A DNA stretch of 64,000 nucleotides from Saprospirales bacterium (GTDB taxonomy: Bacteria; Bacteroidota; Bacteroidia; Chitinophagales; UBA8649), in NCBI GenBank assembly GCA_002708985.1, contig PAPS01000033.1:5803-69802 (forward strand). The letters run 5' to 3'. The notes under the pieces are model-generated. The model searched no databases and was not told the origin of the DNA. It saw only the letters and a list, made by a program, of their open reading frames with translations. Position numbers and translations under genes: made by a program. Positions 9,157-18,237 of the stretch are shown piece after piece. Within the stretch, counting starts at the first letter, position 1. Every line of letters begins with the position of its first letter.

Positions 9157-9921
9157 TTATAAATTTTTCCGCTCAATCACCACGGTAGTGCCATATTGTA
9201 AACCAAGAAGACCTGCCGCATTACCGCCATAAATAGCAATTTCTATGTAGCCTGCATCATTAAAACGGCACACATGGCGTCCTTGAGCACCTTCCCCATC
9301 GTACCGATCGTGAATTCGGTTTGCCTTATATCTCAGGAAGGTGATTTCAAATGGGTTATCTCCAATAAAATCTTCGAATTTGTCTCGATGAATGTTCAAT
9401 ACGGCATTGTTTTTAGAATCCACGAAAAAAACCATGGCTCTCATTATATTGTCCTGAATAGCAGGTTGAGCAAAAATACTTTGTTTAAACTCGTGGCTTT
9501 GCTTGCACCAATCCTCTAGTTTTTTTCCAGATTCTTGTTCTACGATTACTGTATTGACCAAATCAAATAGAGAATGTTCGTCAAACCGACCAACCTCGTA
9601 AATAATTAAATCAGTCTCGGGAAACATCAAAGAAATGATCCCATTATCTGGGAACATGTAAACTTTACCTTCATGACCCATCGCAAGCAAACGATTTTTG
9701 CCCTCGTGCTGTTTTACTACCGTTAGGTGGTAGCTTGGTGATGGAAAATTAGCTGATCCTTGACGACTTGTGTACGCAGCTCCGATGAGATCATTGGTAT
9801 CAATGCCATGGCTGATATCAATTAGGCGAATATCTTTGTTTCGTTGGAGCAATTGACCCTTTAGGGCAGCTACATCGTAATCTTTGTAGCCATAGTCTGT
9901 GGTGAGTGTCAGGAGCGCCAT
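9157..9921 (-). CDS. SAM hydroxide adenosyltransferase / chlorinase-fluorinase-like (DUF62) protein
   Basis: TLTTDYG, DISH, PDNG, YIEIAIYGGNA. The canonical VVDPGVG motif is absent. Confidence 0.8.
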   Translation of the reverse strand: MALLTLTTDYGYKDYDVAALKGQLLQRNKDIRLIDISHGIDTNDLIGAAYTSRQGSANFPSPSYHLTVVKQHEGKNRLLAMGHEGKVYMFPDNGIISLMFPETDLIIYEVGRFDEHSLFDLVNTVIVEQESGKKLEDWCKQSHEFKQSIFAQPAIQDNIMRAMVFFVDSKNNAVLNIHRDKFEDFIGDNPFEITFLRYKANRIHDRYDGEGAQGRHVCRFNDAGYIEIAIYGGNAAGLLGLQYGTTVVIERKNL

Positions 9922-9934
9922 AAATTAGTTGACT

Positions 9935-9957
9935 GATAAGATAAAAGTAAGGTAAAT
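9935..9957 (+). repeat. 23-bp element, second copy at 49356-49378
   Basis: GATAAGATAAAAGTAAGGTAAAT versus GATAAGATAAAAGTAAAGTAAAT, 22/23 identical. Confidence 0.8.
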
Positions 9958-10964
9958 TGAACGAATTAATACTGCACATCGACCGAGTGAACCCAATTGA
10001 TTTCTTAGGGATTCATCAAAGTAAATTTCAAGTCCTCAAACAAGCCTTTCCAAAACTTAAATTGGTAAGCAGAGGCATTATGATAAAGGCCTCAGGTCGC
10101 GAGGAAGAATTAGAACAATTTGAAGTGAAATTTAATGCGTTGATTCTGCATTTAGAGCGCTTTGGTGAATTGACCCAAGCCGATATGCTAGGTATACTTG
10201 ATGCTGAAGGTGATTCTCTAAATTCAGAAGAACAAACAACAAAGTCAACAGATGAGATTATCCTTTACGGTAACAGGGGGCATGTGATTCGAGCTCGCAC
10301 AGCTAATCAAAAGAAATTAGTCGACATAAGTCAACATCATGACATTGTTTTTGCAGTTGGTCCTGCAGGTACAGGAAAAACCTATACGGCTGTTGCGCTT
10401 GCAGTCAAGGCATTAAAAGAAAAGACAATTAATCGAATCATATTAACCCGACCGGCTGTTGAAGCAGGAGAGAGCTTAGGTTTTCTTCCAGGGGATTTGA
10501 AAGAAAAGATTGATCCTTATCTCCGGCCTCTTTATGATGCGCTTGATGATATGATTCCGCCGGACAAGCTGCGTTATTTTATGGAGAACCGAATCATTGA
10601 AGTAGCTCCACTAGCCTTTATGAGAGGCCGAACATTAGATAAGGCCTTTATCATATTAGATGAAGCGCAAAATGCTACTATCGCCCAACTCAAGATGTTT
10701 TTGACCCGAATCGGTCCTCGTGCTCGCTGCATTATTACAGGGGACATGACCCAAATCGATCTTCCCAAAAACCAGCGCAGCGGATTAAAAGATGCCATCT
10801 ATCGCCTGCGTTCCATCCCGGAGATAGGCCTTGTAGAACTCTCTACACGCGACGTGGTACGTCATCATTTGGTGGCTAAAATCATTCGCGCCTTTGATGT
10901 GGATAAGCGGACAGAAAATGACAAGGAAGCTCCGTCAAATACTACCTTTGAGGAAGACAATTAG
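9957..10964 (+). CDS. phoH: PhoH-family ATPase
   Basis: [43 protein letters not shown] start. Confidence 0.93.
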   Translation: MNELILHIDRVNPIDFLGIHQSKFQVLKQAFPKLKLVSRGIMIKASGREEELEQFEVKFNALILHLERFGELTQADMLGILDAEGDSLNSEEQTTKSTDEIILYGNRGHVIRARTANQKKLVDISQHHDIVFAVGPAGTGKTYTAVALAVKALKEKTINRIILTRPAVEAGESLGFLPGDLKEKIDPYLRPLYDALDDMIPPDKLRYFMENRIIEVAPLAFMRGRTLDKAFIILDEAQNATIAQLKMFLTRIGPRARCIITGDMTQIDLPKNQRSGLKDAIYRLRSIPEIGLVELSTRDVVRHHLVAKIIRAFDVDKRTENDKEAPSNTTFEEDN

Positions 10965-10969
10965 GATAT

Positions 10970-11890
10970 ATGAATTCACTGTTAACGCTCAATGGACAAG
11001 TAGCTTTTTACCAAGGTAAAGTAAGGGATGTCTATTTTTTAGATAAAGGGCGTTTAGCTATTGTCGCTAGTGACAGGATTTCTGCATTTGATCATATTTT
11101 GCCGCGTGCCATTCCGGGGAAGGGACAAATGTTAAATGATATTGCCTATCACTTTTTACAAGCCACAGAACACATTATTCCTAATTGGAGCGAGGCCCTG
11201 CCCCATAAATCAGTAACTACTGGCAAAACTGCTGAGCCAATCAAGATTGAAATGGTAGTGCGCGGTTTTCTCTGCGGACATGCTTTGCGTCAGTATACCG
11301 CAGGTAAACGTACGCTTTGCGGTGCATCGATGCCTGATGGTATGCTTCCCTATCAGGCCTTCCCCCAACCGATTATAACTCCAGCCACTAAAGCGGAGCA
11401 CGGGGAGCACGATGAGGATATATCCCCAAAAGAAATACTTAGTCGCGGAATCGTCTCAGAGGACTTATGGCAAAAACTGGCTTCTGTTAGTCTTGAACTT
11501 TTTGCCTTCGGTCAACAAATGGCTTCTGAGCGAGGACTCCTTCTTGCGGATACTAAATATGAGTTTGGTTTGATTGATGGTGAACTCATACTCATTGATG
11601 AGATTTATACCCCCGACAGTTCTCGATATTTCTATTTAGAAGGTTTTGATGAAGCGGTAAGTCAAGGAAAACCGCCTAAGCATCTCTCTAAAGAATTTGT
11701 TAGAGAGTGGCTAATGTCTAAAGGATTTCAAGGGCGCGAAGGGGACGTTATGCCTGTTATGGAGGATGGGGACGTTCAGCTGATCCGCGATCGCTATACG
11801 GAGCTATATGAGACCATGCTCGGCCGACCCTTCCAAGAGGAATCTATGGATAATCTCCAGGATATAATTAATGCTTTTCTACAAAATTAG
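10970..11890 (+). CDS. purC: SAICAR synthase
   Basis: GKVRDVY, SDRISAFD, ADTKYEFG, TPDSSR, SKEFVREW. Confidence 0.95.
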   Translation: MNSLLTLNGQVAFYQGKVRDVYFLDKGRLAIVASDRISAFDHILPRAIPGKGQMLNDIAYHFLQATEHIIPNWSEALPHKSVTTGKTAEPIKIEMVVRGFLCGHALRQYTAGKRTLCGASMPDGMLPYQAFPQPIITPATKAEHGEHDEDISPKEILSRGIVSEDLWQKLASVSLELFAFGQQMASERGLLLADTKYEFGLIDGELILIDEIYTPDSSRYFYLEGFDEAVSQGKPPKHLSKEFVREWLMSKGFQGREGDVMPVMEDGDVQLIRDRYTELYETMLGRPFQEESMDNLQDIINAFLQN

Positions 11891-12046
11891 GGTTGTATAG
11901 TTATTGTACAAACCCCGTTAAATAATGCTAACATTTAACACATTTAAGGCATTGTGAAAATATCATAAACAACTGATAGTCAGGAAATAAACTTGGAATT
12001 GAATCCGTCTTTATCCTGAATTGTTCATCAAAAATTATTAGTTATT

Positions 12047-12325
12047 ATGAAAAAGAATGTTTTGTTTTTTGCCTTAGGTGGTCTTTTATTGACGAGTGCT
12101 GGTCTGGTATCCTGTGAATACCTTATTAAAGAGGAAGCACAGGGGGAAGAGGAGGTTGTACAAGATGATGCAGCTGCTACAAAATCATCAGAAGCTGATG
12201 CCATAGAATCTGGCGATGCAGAAGATGTAGAGTCTTCAGCTGTTCTTGACGAGACGCAGAATACAGCATCCGCTGAAGAAGGCGATGAGGTGCAAGATGC
12301 GAGTCAAGAAACTACTTCTGAGTAG
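12047..12325 (+). CDS. Small, highly acidic lipoprotein of unknown function
   Basis: Lipobox LVSC followed by a D/E-rich low-complexity chain. Confidence 0.75.
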   Translation: MKKNVLFFALGGLLLTSAGLVSCEYLIKEEAQGEEEVVQDDAAATKSSEADAIESGDAEDVESSAVLDETQNTASAEEGDEVQDASQETTSE

Positions 12326-12367
12326 TCAATAATGTGACAAGGAAGCATAAGCTCGACTTCCTATATT

Positions 12368-12399
12368 AAAAGCACATCCTAATCGGGTGTGCTTTTTTT
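12368..12399. terminator. Bidirectional intrinsic terminator
   Basis: AAAAGCACATCC-TAATC-GGGTGTGCTTTTTTT between convergent genes. Confidence 0.85.
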
Positions 12400-12991
12400 A
12401 TGCCTGCGATGGGGATTGCGCGCTCTGGCGCTGGAAAAGATAACCCATCACTCCGAAGATTATAGAAAATCCGATGGTAGAGGCCATTCCATAGGTCAAA
12501 AAGGGTAGAGCGCTCACATAGCACATACCTAATCCACTAAGAGTAGGAGGGTACATATGCATGCCCGCCCAAACACCGAAGTTCGACACGGCAAAGAATA
12601 GTAAAGGAGATACAACACTAGCCAATCCATAATAGCCTAGAATAGAGCCTTTCTCTTCACTTCTTTTTTTAAGAAATTGGGTAAATCCAAAGATCAGTAG
12701 CATGGCAATCGTGGCAAAAATAAACGATTGGCTGATCCATGTAAAGCCTTCATAAAACCCTGCGTAGATGGTATTATTTATGATAAGATCAGTAGCAAAC
12801 CAAGCAGCCAGTGGTAAAATCAAGCTCAATATTTTTCGGTGAAGTGCAAAAACTCCAAAAATCATCATCGCTTCAAATGGGGCGACATTTGGTAAGTGGA
12901 GTGTCAAGAATCTTGCAATCACGGCAAAGACAACAGTGATTAAGGCAAGGAGCGTTGATTTCTTCGCATTGCTTTTTGTTATACCAAACAT
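12398..12991 (-). CDS. DUF6580-family membrane protein (putative transporter component)
   Basis: HLPNVAP, FFAVSNFGVW, YPPTLSGLGMCYVSALPF. About six hydrophobic helices. Confidence 0.7.
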   Translation of the reverse strand: MFGITKSNAKKSTLLALITVVFAVIARFLTLHLPNVAPFEAMMIFGVFALHRKILSLILPLAAWFATDLIINNTIYAGFYEGFTWISQSFIFATIAMLLIFGFTQFLKKRSEEKGSILGYYGLASVVSPLLFFAVSNFGVWAGMHMYPPTLSGLGMCYVSALPFLTYGMASTIGFSIIFGVMGYLFQRQSAQSPSQA

Positions 12992-13071
12992 AGATTAAAA
13001 TAGGTGTGTTTATGTCTAAAGATAAGGTCATCACACTAATCCGACTGATTTCTTTGTAAAAGTCAAAAAAA

Positions 13072-13097
13072 ATTTATCGAACGGCCGTTTGATAAAT
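13072..13097. promoter_or_regulatory. 26-bp near-perfect palindrome (putative operator)
   Basis: ATTTATCGAACGG|CCGTTTGATAAAT, 12 of 13 pairs, in the divergent DUF6580/gltA spacer. Confidence 0.65.
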
Positions 13098-13132
13098 GGC
13101 ATTTTTCGTACATTTAGATCAACCGAAAATCC

Positions 13133-14422
13133 ATGAGTAACCAAGCAAAAATTATCTACAACGACCAAACATTTGAAGCTCCTGTTGTCAAGGGTTCTGA
13201 AGGGGAACTAGGGCTTGATATTTCAAAGTTAAGAGGTAGCACAGGTCTAGTAACCTATGATGTAGCCTATAAAAACACTGGTGCAACACAAAGTTCCATC
13301 ACATTTATTGATGGAGAAAAAGGTATTCTGAGACATAGAGGGTATAGCATTGAAGATTTAGCCAATAATGCGAGCTTTCTTGAAGTAGCCTATTTACTCC
13401 TTAAAGGACACCTGCCAAATAAGAAAGAATACCAAGATTACACGGATCTCATTCGTATGCACACCCTTGTTAATGAGGATGTTAAGCATGTTTTTCAGGC
13501 TTTCCCTAATGGATCTCATCCAATGGGACAGCTAATGACCATGATGTCTATGATGTCAGCATTCTATCCTGATTCGCTTAATCCGCATCGCAGTGAAGAG
13601 GACTTCGATATGACGATTACTCGGTTGATTGCTAAGACACCCACTTTGGTCGCGATGATTTTGAAAAAGAAAATGGGGCATCCATTGGTTTATCCAAAAA
13701 ACAAGCTCGAATATGTAGATAACTTCTTAAACATGACTTTTGGACAGGTTACCGAAGAATATGATCTCGATCCTGTGTTGAGCTCCGCTATGAACAAGCT
13801 ACTTATCCTTCACGCAGATCATGAACAAAATTGTTCGGCTTCCACAGTGAGAATAGTTGGATCATCTCAATCAAATCTTTATGCCTCCATCTCGGCCGGT
13901 ATTGCGGCTTTATGGGGACCATCCCATGGTGGTGCTAATCAACGTGTGTTAGAAATGCTTGAGGATATTTCACAAGATGGTGGTAATGTCCAGAAATTTA
14001 TTGATCGCGCCAAAGATAAAAATGATCCTTTTCGCCTTATGGGATTTGGACACAGAGTCTATAAGAATTTTGATCCCCGTGCTCGGATTATTAAAACGTC
14101 AGCCGATAAAGTACTTGATCAACTTAAAGTAAACGATCCTATTCTATATCTTGCTAAAGAACTTGAGGAAAAGGCACTTGCTGATCCTTATTTTGCAGAA
14201 CGCAAGTTGTTCCCTAACGTTGATTTCTATTCTGGAATTATCTATCGTGCGATGGGATTCCCAGTAGATATGTTTACCGTGTTGTTTGCCTTGGGAAGAA
14301 TGCCAGGCTGGATTGCGCAATGGAATGAAATGAGAAAAGCTGGGCAGCCCATCGGCCGACCCCGTCAGATTTACACGGGAGAAGTGCATCGACCCTACCC
14401 ATCTTGGGACGAGCGCGGATAA
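13133..14422 (+). CDS. gltA: Citrate synthase (type II)
   Basis: GILRHRGY, ILHADHEQNCS, GPSHGGAN, MGFGHRVYK, PNVDFYSG, RPRQIY. Confidence 0.97.
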   Translation: MSNQAKIIYNDQTFEAPVVKGSEGELGLDISKLRGSTGLVTYDVAYKNTGATQSSITFIDGEKGILRHRGYSIEDLANNASFLEVAYLLLKGHLPNKKEYQDYTDLIRMHTLVNEDVKHVFQAFPNGSHPMGQLMTMMSMMSAFYPDSLNPHRSEEDFDMTITRLIAKTPTLVAMILKKKMGHPLVYPKNKLEYVDNFLNMTFGQVTEEYDLDPVLSSAMNKLLILHADHEQNCSASTVRIVGSSQSNLYASISAGIAALWGPSHGGANQRVLEMLEDISQDGGNVQKFIDRAKDKNDPFRLMGFGHRVYKNFDPRARIIKTSADKVLDQLKVNDPILYLAKELEEKALADPYFAERKLFPNVDFYSGIIYRAMGFPVDMFTVLFALGRMPGWIAQWNEMRKAGQPIGRPRQIYTGEVHRPYPSWDERG

Positions 14423-14431
14423 ATCAATACT

Positions 14432-14881
14432 CTGAAAACTGGTTTAATTTATCTTCATTCAGGCCTACGATATATAGTGCTTGCGGCCTTGCTGTACGCT
14501 ATAATTAAGGGTTTTCAGGCAGGTGAACGTAAGGTTGATGACAAAGAAAGATGCCCCTATCTCATCGCCATGGTTGTTGCCCATATTCAACTCTTGTTGG
14601 GCCTTGGGCTTTACTTTATGGGTGAGAATGGTCTTACTGCACTGGACAGTTTGTTTGATGCGGGGGCAAGTCTTCTTTCGTCTTTAGGTTTTTTTGGCAT
14701 AATACATTTTGTGCTCATGGTTACGGCTATTACTGTTATTACTAAAGCACATAGCTTAGCTAAGAAAAATGCGACTCATCGCAGAGTTGTTCATTTGATG
14801 CTTCTAGCATTACTTATCATTCTCGCGGCGATTCCTTGGCCATTTTACGGATATGGTCGCGGTTTTTTTCCTGGTACGTAG
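14432..14881 (+). CDS. Four-helix membrane protein with conserved His residues (cytochrome-b-like Bacteroidota family)
   Basis: The frame extends upstream of GTG 14477 to give (M)KTGLIYLHSGLRYIVLAALL, then AHIQLLLGLGLY, IHFVLM and IPWPF. Probable CTG start at 14432. Confidence 0.7.
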   Translation: MKTGLIYLHSGLRYIVLAALLYAIIKGFQAGERKVDDKERCPYLIAMVVAHIQLLLGLGLYFMGENGLTALDSLFDAGASLLSSLGFFGIIHFVLMVTAITVITKAHSLAKKNATHRRVVHLMLLALLIILAAIPWPFYGYGRGFFPGT

Positions 14882-14975
14882 TTTGTGGACACTCGGATAA
14901 TTTACTGTGGAGTTATAGGCTACCATCATTCATTGTTTAATGGTAGTTTGTTTTCAGTAGTAAAAAGATTTATTT

Positions 14976-16043
14976 ATGCAACGACTATCGATTTTTATGA
15001 TATTCATGGCGTGCTATTTGCTCAGCAGTGCACAAGTGGATGAACGCCTTACCGATTTATCGAGGTATATAGCAGGAATGCCTGCGCCAATGTATACTTC
15101 AGATGATAAGTTAAATGATGCGATACCAAGTGATTACTCCGAAGACTGTACATCTGCCTTTGATCGTCTTAGTGAAAAGCACCTAGAGCCGATTAGTGAA
15201 TGGGCGAGTTCATCATCAATTATAAGTAACAGCGATCATCAAAAAACATTGTTTTATCCATTTGCTGGTGCAGATTTTATCTATGCTGATGCTTTTTTTG
15301 GCGAGGTTGACAATATGATCCTAATCGGTCAGCAAGATGCAGGTACATTACCCGACTTTGATGCGATGTCTCAATATGAAATCAAAGAGTATCTAAATGC
15401 AATCTATAACAGCTTATCCATTTCCAATCGACTAGGCTTCTTCAGAACAAAGGACATGAATCGTCAGTTTCGAGACACTTATGTGAATGGCACAATTCAT
15501 TCAATTCTTTGGTATATGGCAAGAGCTGAAATGAAGATTATTTCGATTCGTAATGTTCGTTTGACGTCTAGCGGGCGGTTGGAGACATCTACAGGTAAAG
15601 ACGGTATAGAAGTGATATACAGTGACAAGGGTAAGGAGAAAAAGCTCTATTACTTTGCTTACGATTTGTCCAACTCTAATCTTTCAAGCAATTCTCGTCT
15701 ATTTGACTTTCTTAAATCCTTTGGAAAGCATAATGTCCTTGTCAAAAGTGCGTCGTATTTAATGCACAATAGTAGCTTCTCTATTATACGGGACTATCTT
15801 ATGAATACTTCACATCTAGTGATTCAAGACCCTTCTGGAATACCCTACAGAAAACTTGTTTCAGCAGGATGTAGCGTTGATTTACATGGAACGTATACAA
15901 GACCGATTTCCTTGTTCTCAGGATATAGTCAATCCAGTTTGAAAGAAGCTGCAAAAAGTGCACCCGATTTACCCTTTATGATTGGTTACATGGCTCCTTA
16001 TGGTGAGTGCAGTTTGGCTGTTTTTAAGAGTTGTGATAATTGA
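14976..16043 (+). CDS. Exported conserved hypothetical protein (YPFxGxD motif)
   Basis: Signal peptide, LFYPFAGADF, KSASYLMH, QDPSGIPY, LPFMIGY. Confidence 0.7.
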   Translation: MQRLSIFMIFMACYLLSSAQVDERLTDLSRYIAGMPAPMYTSDDKLNDAIPSDYSEDCTSAFDRLSEKHLEPISEWASSSSIISNSDHQKTLFYPFAGADFIYADAFFGEVDNMILIGQQDAGTLPDFDAMSQYEIKEYLNAIYNSLSISNRLGFFRTKDMNRQFRDTYVNGTIHSILWYMARAEMKIISIRNVRLTSSGRLETSTGKDGIEVIYSDKGKEKKLYYFAYDLSNSNLSSNSRLFDFLKSFGKHNVLVKSASYLMHNSSFSIIRDYLMNTSHLVIQDPSGIPYRKLVSAGCSVDLHGTYTRPISLFSGYSQSSLKEAAKSAPDLPFMIGYMAPYGECSLAVFKSCDN

Positions 16044-16466
16044 TTTTGTACCTCAAACGATGAACAGATTACCCTGTAAATTGATGTATTATATGATCTA
16101 TTCTGAATAATAAAGGTTATTTCCTTTTTTATATTAATCATATAATTGCGAATAATAAAGTGTAAAAGCGATTATTTTGTTAACTGTACAGGTTAAAAGA
16201 AAAAATTGGCGGCATCTTAAATCACTGAATGAAAAATATTTTTTGGAAACTCGGTGTAAACAGAATTTTTTTGAGGTCTTCAGGCTCACAATAACACTTA
16301 TTCTAGTCAGAGATAAGATTTGTTACTGTCGAAATATCTTTTTTTAAATACTTAGTATGGGAGGTAGATTGGCTTTAATTACGTTTATTTCCGTTCTATA
16401 AAGATGTTTTTTGACAATTTTACCTAGATTATCTCGAATTTTTAAAGATTTAGCGAAACTTCAAAT

Positions 16467-18143
16467 ATGGTAATAGACGAAATAAGTGGCATTGTTGGTA
16501 AAAAATTTGTTATTACTAACTCCTCTAGCATGCAGTCTTATACTAAAGGATATAGGTTCGGTGAGGGAAGTGCGCTGCTAGTTTGCCGTCCTGGTTCTTT
16601 GTTGGAAGTATGGAAGGTTCTTGAAATTTGCGTTAAAAATGATCTTATCGTCATTATGCAGGCTGCTAACACCGGTCTCACTGGAGGATCAACCCCCTCA
16701 GGAAATGATTATGATCGTGATATTGTCATTATTAGTACGATGCGAATTGACGCTATTCACGTAATAAACGACGGAAAACAAATTATTGGTTTTGCTGGAA
16801 GCACTCTTTTTGGTTTAGAAAGAAAATTAGAACCTTATGGCCGAGAGCCACACTCAGTCATCGGTTCTTCTTGTATTGGCGCATCCATTGTTGGTGGCAT
16901 ATGTAATAATTCTGGAGGAGCTTTAGTAAAAAGAGGACCGGCGTACACTGAGATGTCCTTGTATGCGCAGATTACCGATAGTGGTAATTTGATTCTTGTA
17001 AACGATTTAGGCATTGAATTAGGCAGTTCTCCTGAAGAAATCCTTAGCAACATTGAAAATTCGAATTACACAGAGAATCAGATTAGCTTCCCACCCAAGT
17101 TAGCTTCTGATCCAGATTATCAGTCTAGAGTACGTGATGTTAATTCAGATACTCCTGCAAGATTTAATGCTGATGGACGAAGACTTCATGGGGCATCGGG
17201 ATGCGCAGGGAAGATTGCAGTCTTTGCCGTGCGCCTAGATACTTACCCGAAGTCAAAACAACATAAAGTTTTTTACGTCGGCAGTAATGATCATTTGGTC
17301 TTTGGTCAGTTAAGAAAGGAGATATTAATGAATTTTAAGCATCTGCCGACCTCGGGGGAATATTTACATAGAGATTGTTATGATGCTACAAAAAAATACG
17401 GCAAGGACACTTTCGTGGTGATTGATAGGTTAGGATCTAGTTTTATACCAAAGCTTTTTGCTCTTAAGCGAACAGTTGATCTAATCGCTGAAAAGTTCAA
17501 AATACTACCAAGTAAATTTTCTGATCGTCTTATGCAGGCTCTTAGTCATCTTTGGCCAAATCATTTACCTAAAAGGATGGAAAAATATCGAAACCTATAC
17601 GAGCATCATTGGGTAATTGAAATGTGTGATGATGGAATTAGCGAGGCAAGAGATTTTTTAACCAAATTTTTTGAAAATAATGAAGGAGATTTCTTTGAAT
17701 GCTCAGATAGAGAGGGGGAAAAGGCTCTGCTTCATCGTTTCGTTGCTGGTACTGCAATCGGCAGATATCACGCCGTACATAAGAATAAAGTTGGATCTAT
17801 GATGACTATGGATATCGCTTTACCAAGAAATGAGAAAGATTGGTTTGAAAATCTGCCACCAGAAGTGGATGAAAAGTTTCACTTAAAACTTTATTACGGG
17901 CACTTATTTTGTCATGTTCTGCATCACAACTACATAGTAAAAAAAGGAGTCGACGCAGATGAATTAAAACAGCAAATGCTTGAAACATTTGATAAAAGAG
18001 GGGCGGAGTATCCAGCGGAACACAATGTTGGACATGAATACTGCGCTAAGCCAACATTAAAAACATTTTATATGAAGTTAGACCCCACCAACGGTTTTAA
18101 TGCAGGTATAGGAAAGACTAGCAAACTGAAACACTGGAAGTAG
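16467..18143 (+). CDS. dld: Quinone-dependent FAD D-lactate dehydrogenase
   Basis: MQAANTGLTGGSTP, REPHSVIGSSCIGAS, NNSGG, GASGCAGK, PAEHNVGH, all matching the E. coli Dld type. Confidence 0.93.
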   Translation: MVIDEISGIVGKKFVITNSSSMQSYTKGYRFGEGSALLVCRPGSLLEVWKVLEICVKNDLIVIMQAANTGLTGGSTPSGNDYDRDIVIISTMRIDAIHVINDGKQIIGFAGSTLFGLERKLEPYGREPHSVIGSSCIGASIVGGICNNSGGALVKRGPAYTEMSLYAQITDSGNLILVNDLGIELGSSPEEILSNIENSNYTENQISFPPKLASDPDYQSRVRDVNSDTPARFNADGRRLHGASGCAGKIAVFAVRLDTYPKSKQHKVFYVGSNDHLVFGQLRKEILMNFKHLPTSGEYLHRDCYDATKKYGKDTFVVIDRLGSSFIPKLFALKRTVDLIAEKFKILPSKFSDRLMQALSHLWPNHLPKRMEKYRNLYEHHWVIEMCDDGISEARDFLTKFFENNEGDFFECSDREGEKALLHRFVAGTAIGRYHAVHKNKVGSMMTMDIALPRNEKDWFENLPPEVDEKFHLKLYYGHLFCHVLHHNYIVKKGVDADELKQQMLETFDKRGAEYPAEHNVGHEYCAKPTLKTFYMKLDPTNGFNAGIGKTSKLKHWK

Positions 18144-18237
18144 ATTCGTATAATCTTATAGGGAACAACATACCGAGTATATCGTTTATATTGTACGCAA
18201 TACCATTCTATATTTTTTGATTAAAACTTTTAACTCT

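Noticed and set aside
11890-11915. GGGTTGTA...TACAAACCC hairpin after purC
   Set aside because: Imperfect stem and no U-tract, so not called as a terminator.
12991-13133. Cobalamin riboswitch expected upstream of DUF6580
   Set aside because: No B12-box or GCCACTG core is seen on either strand, and the spacer is short.
16064-16100. TPP-riboswitch-like ATTACCCTGTAAATTGAT
   Set aside because: It lacks the CUGAGA and downstream pairing elements.
16229-16401. Small ORFs MKNIFWKLG... (16229-16294) and MGGRLAL... (16357-16401)
   Set aside because: Such ORFs are expected by chance in AT-rich DNA, and no motif supports them.
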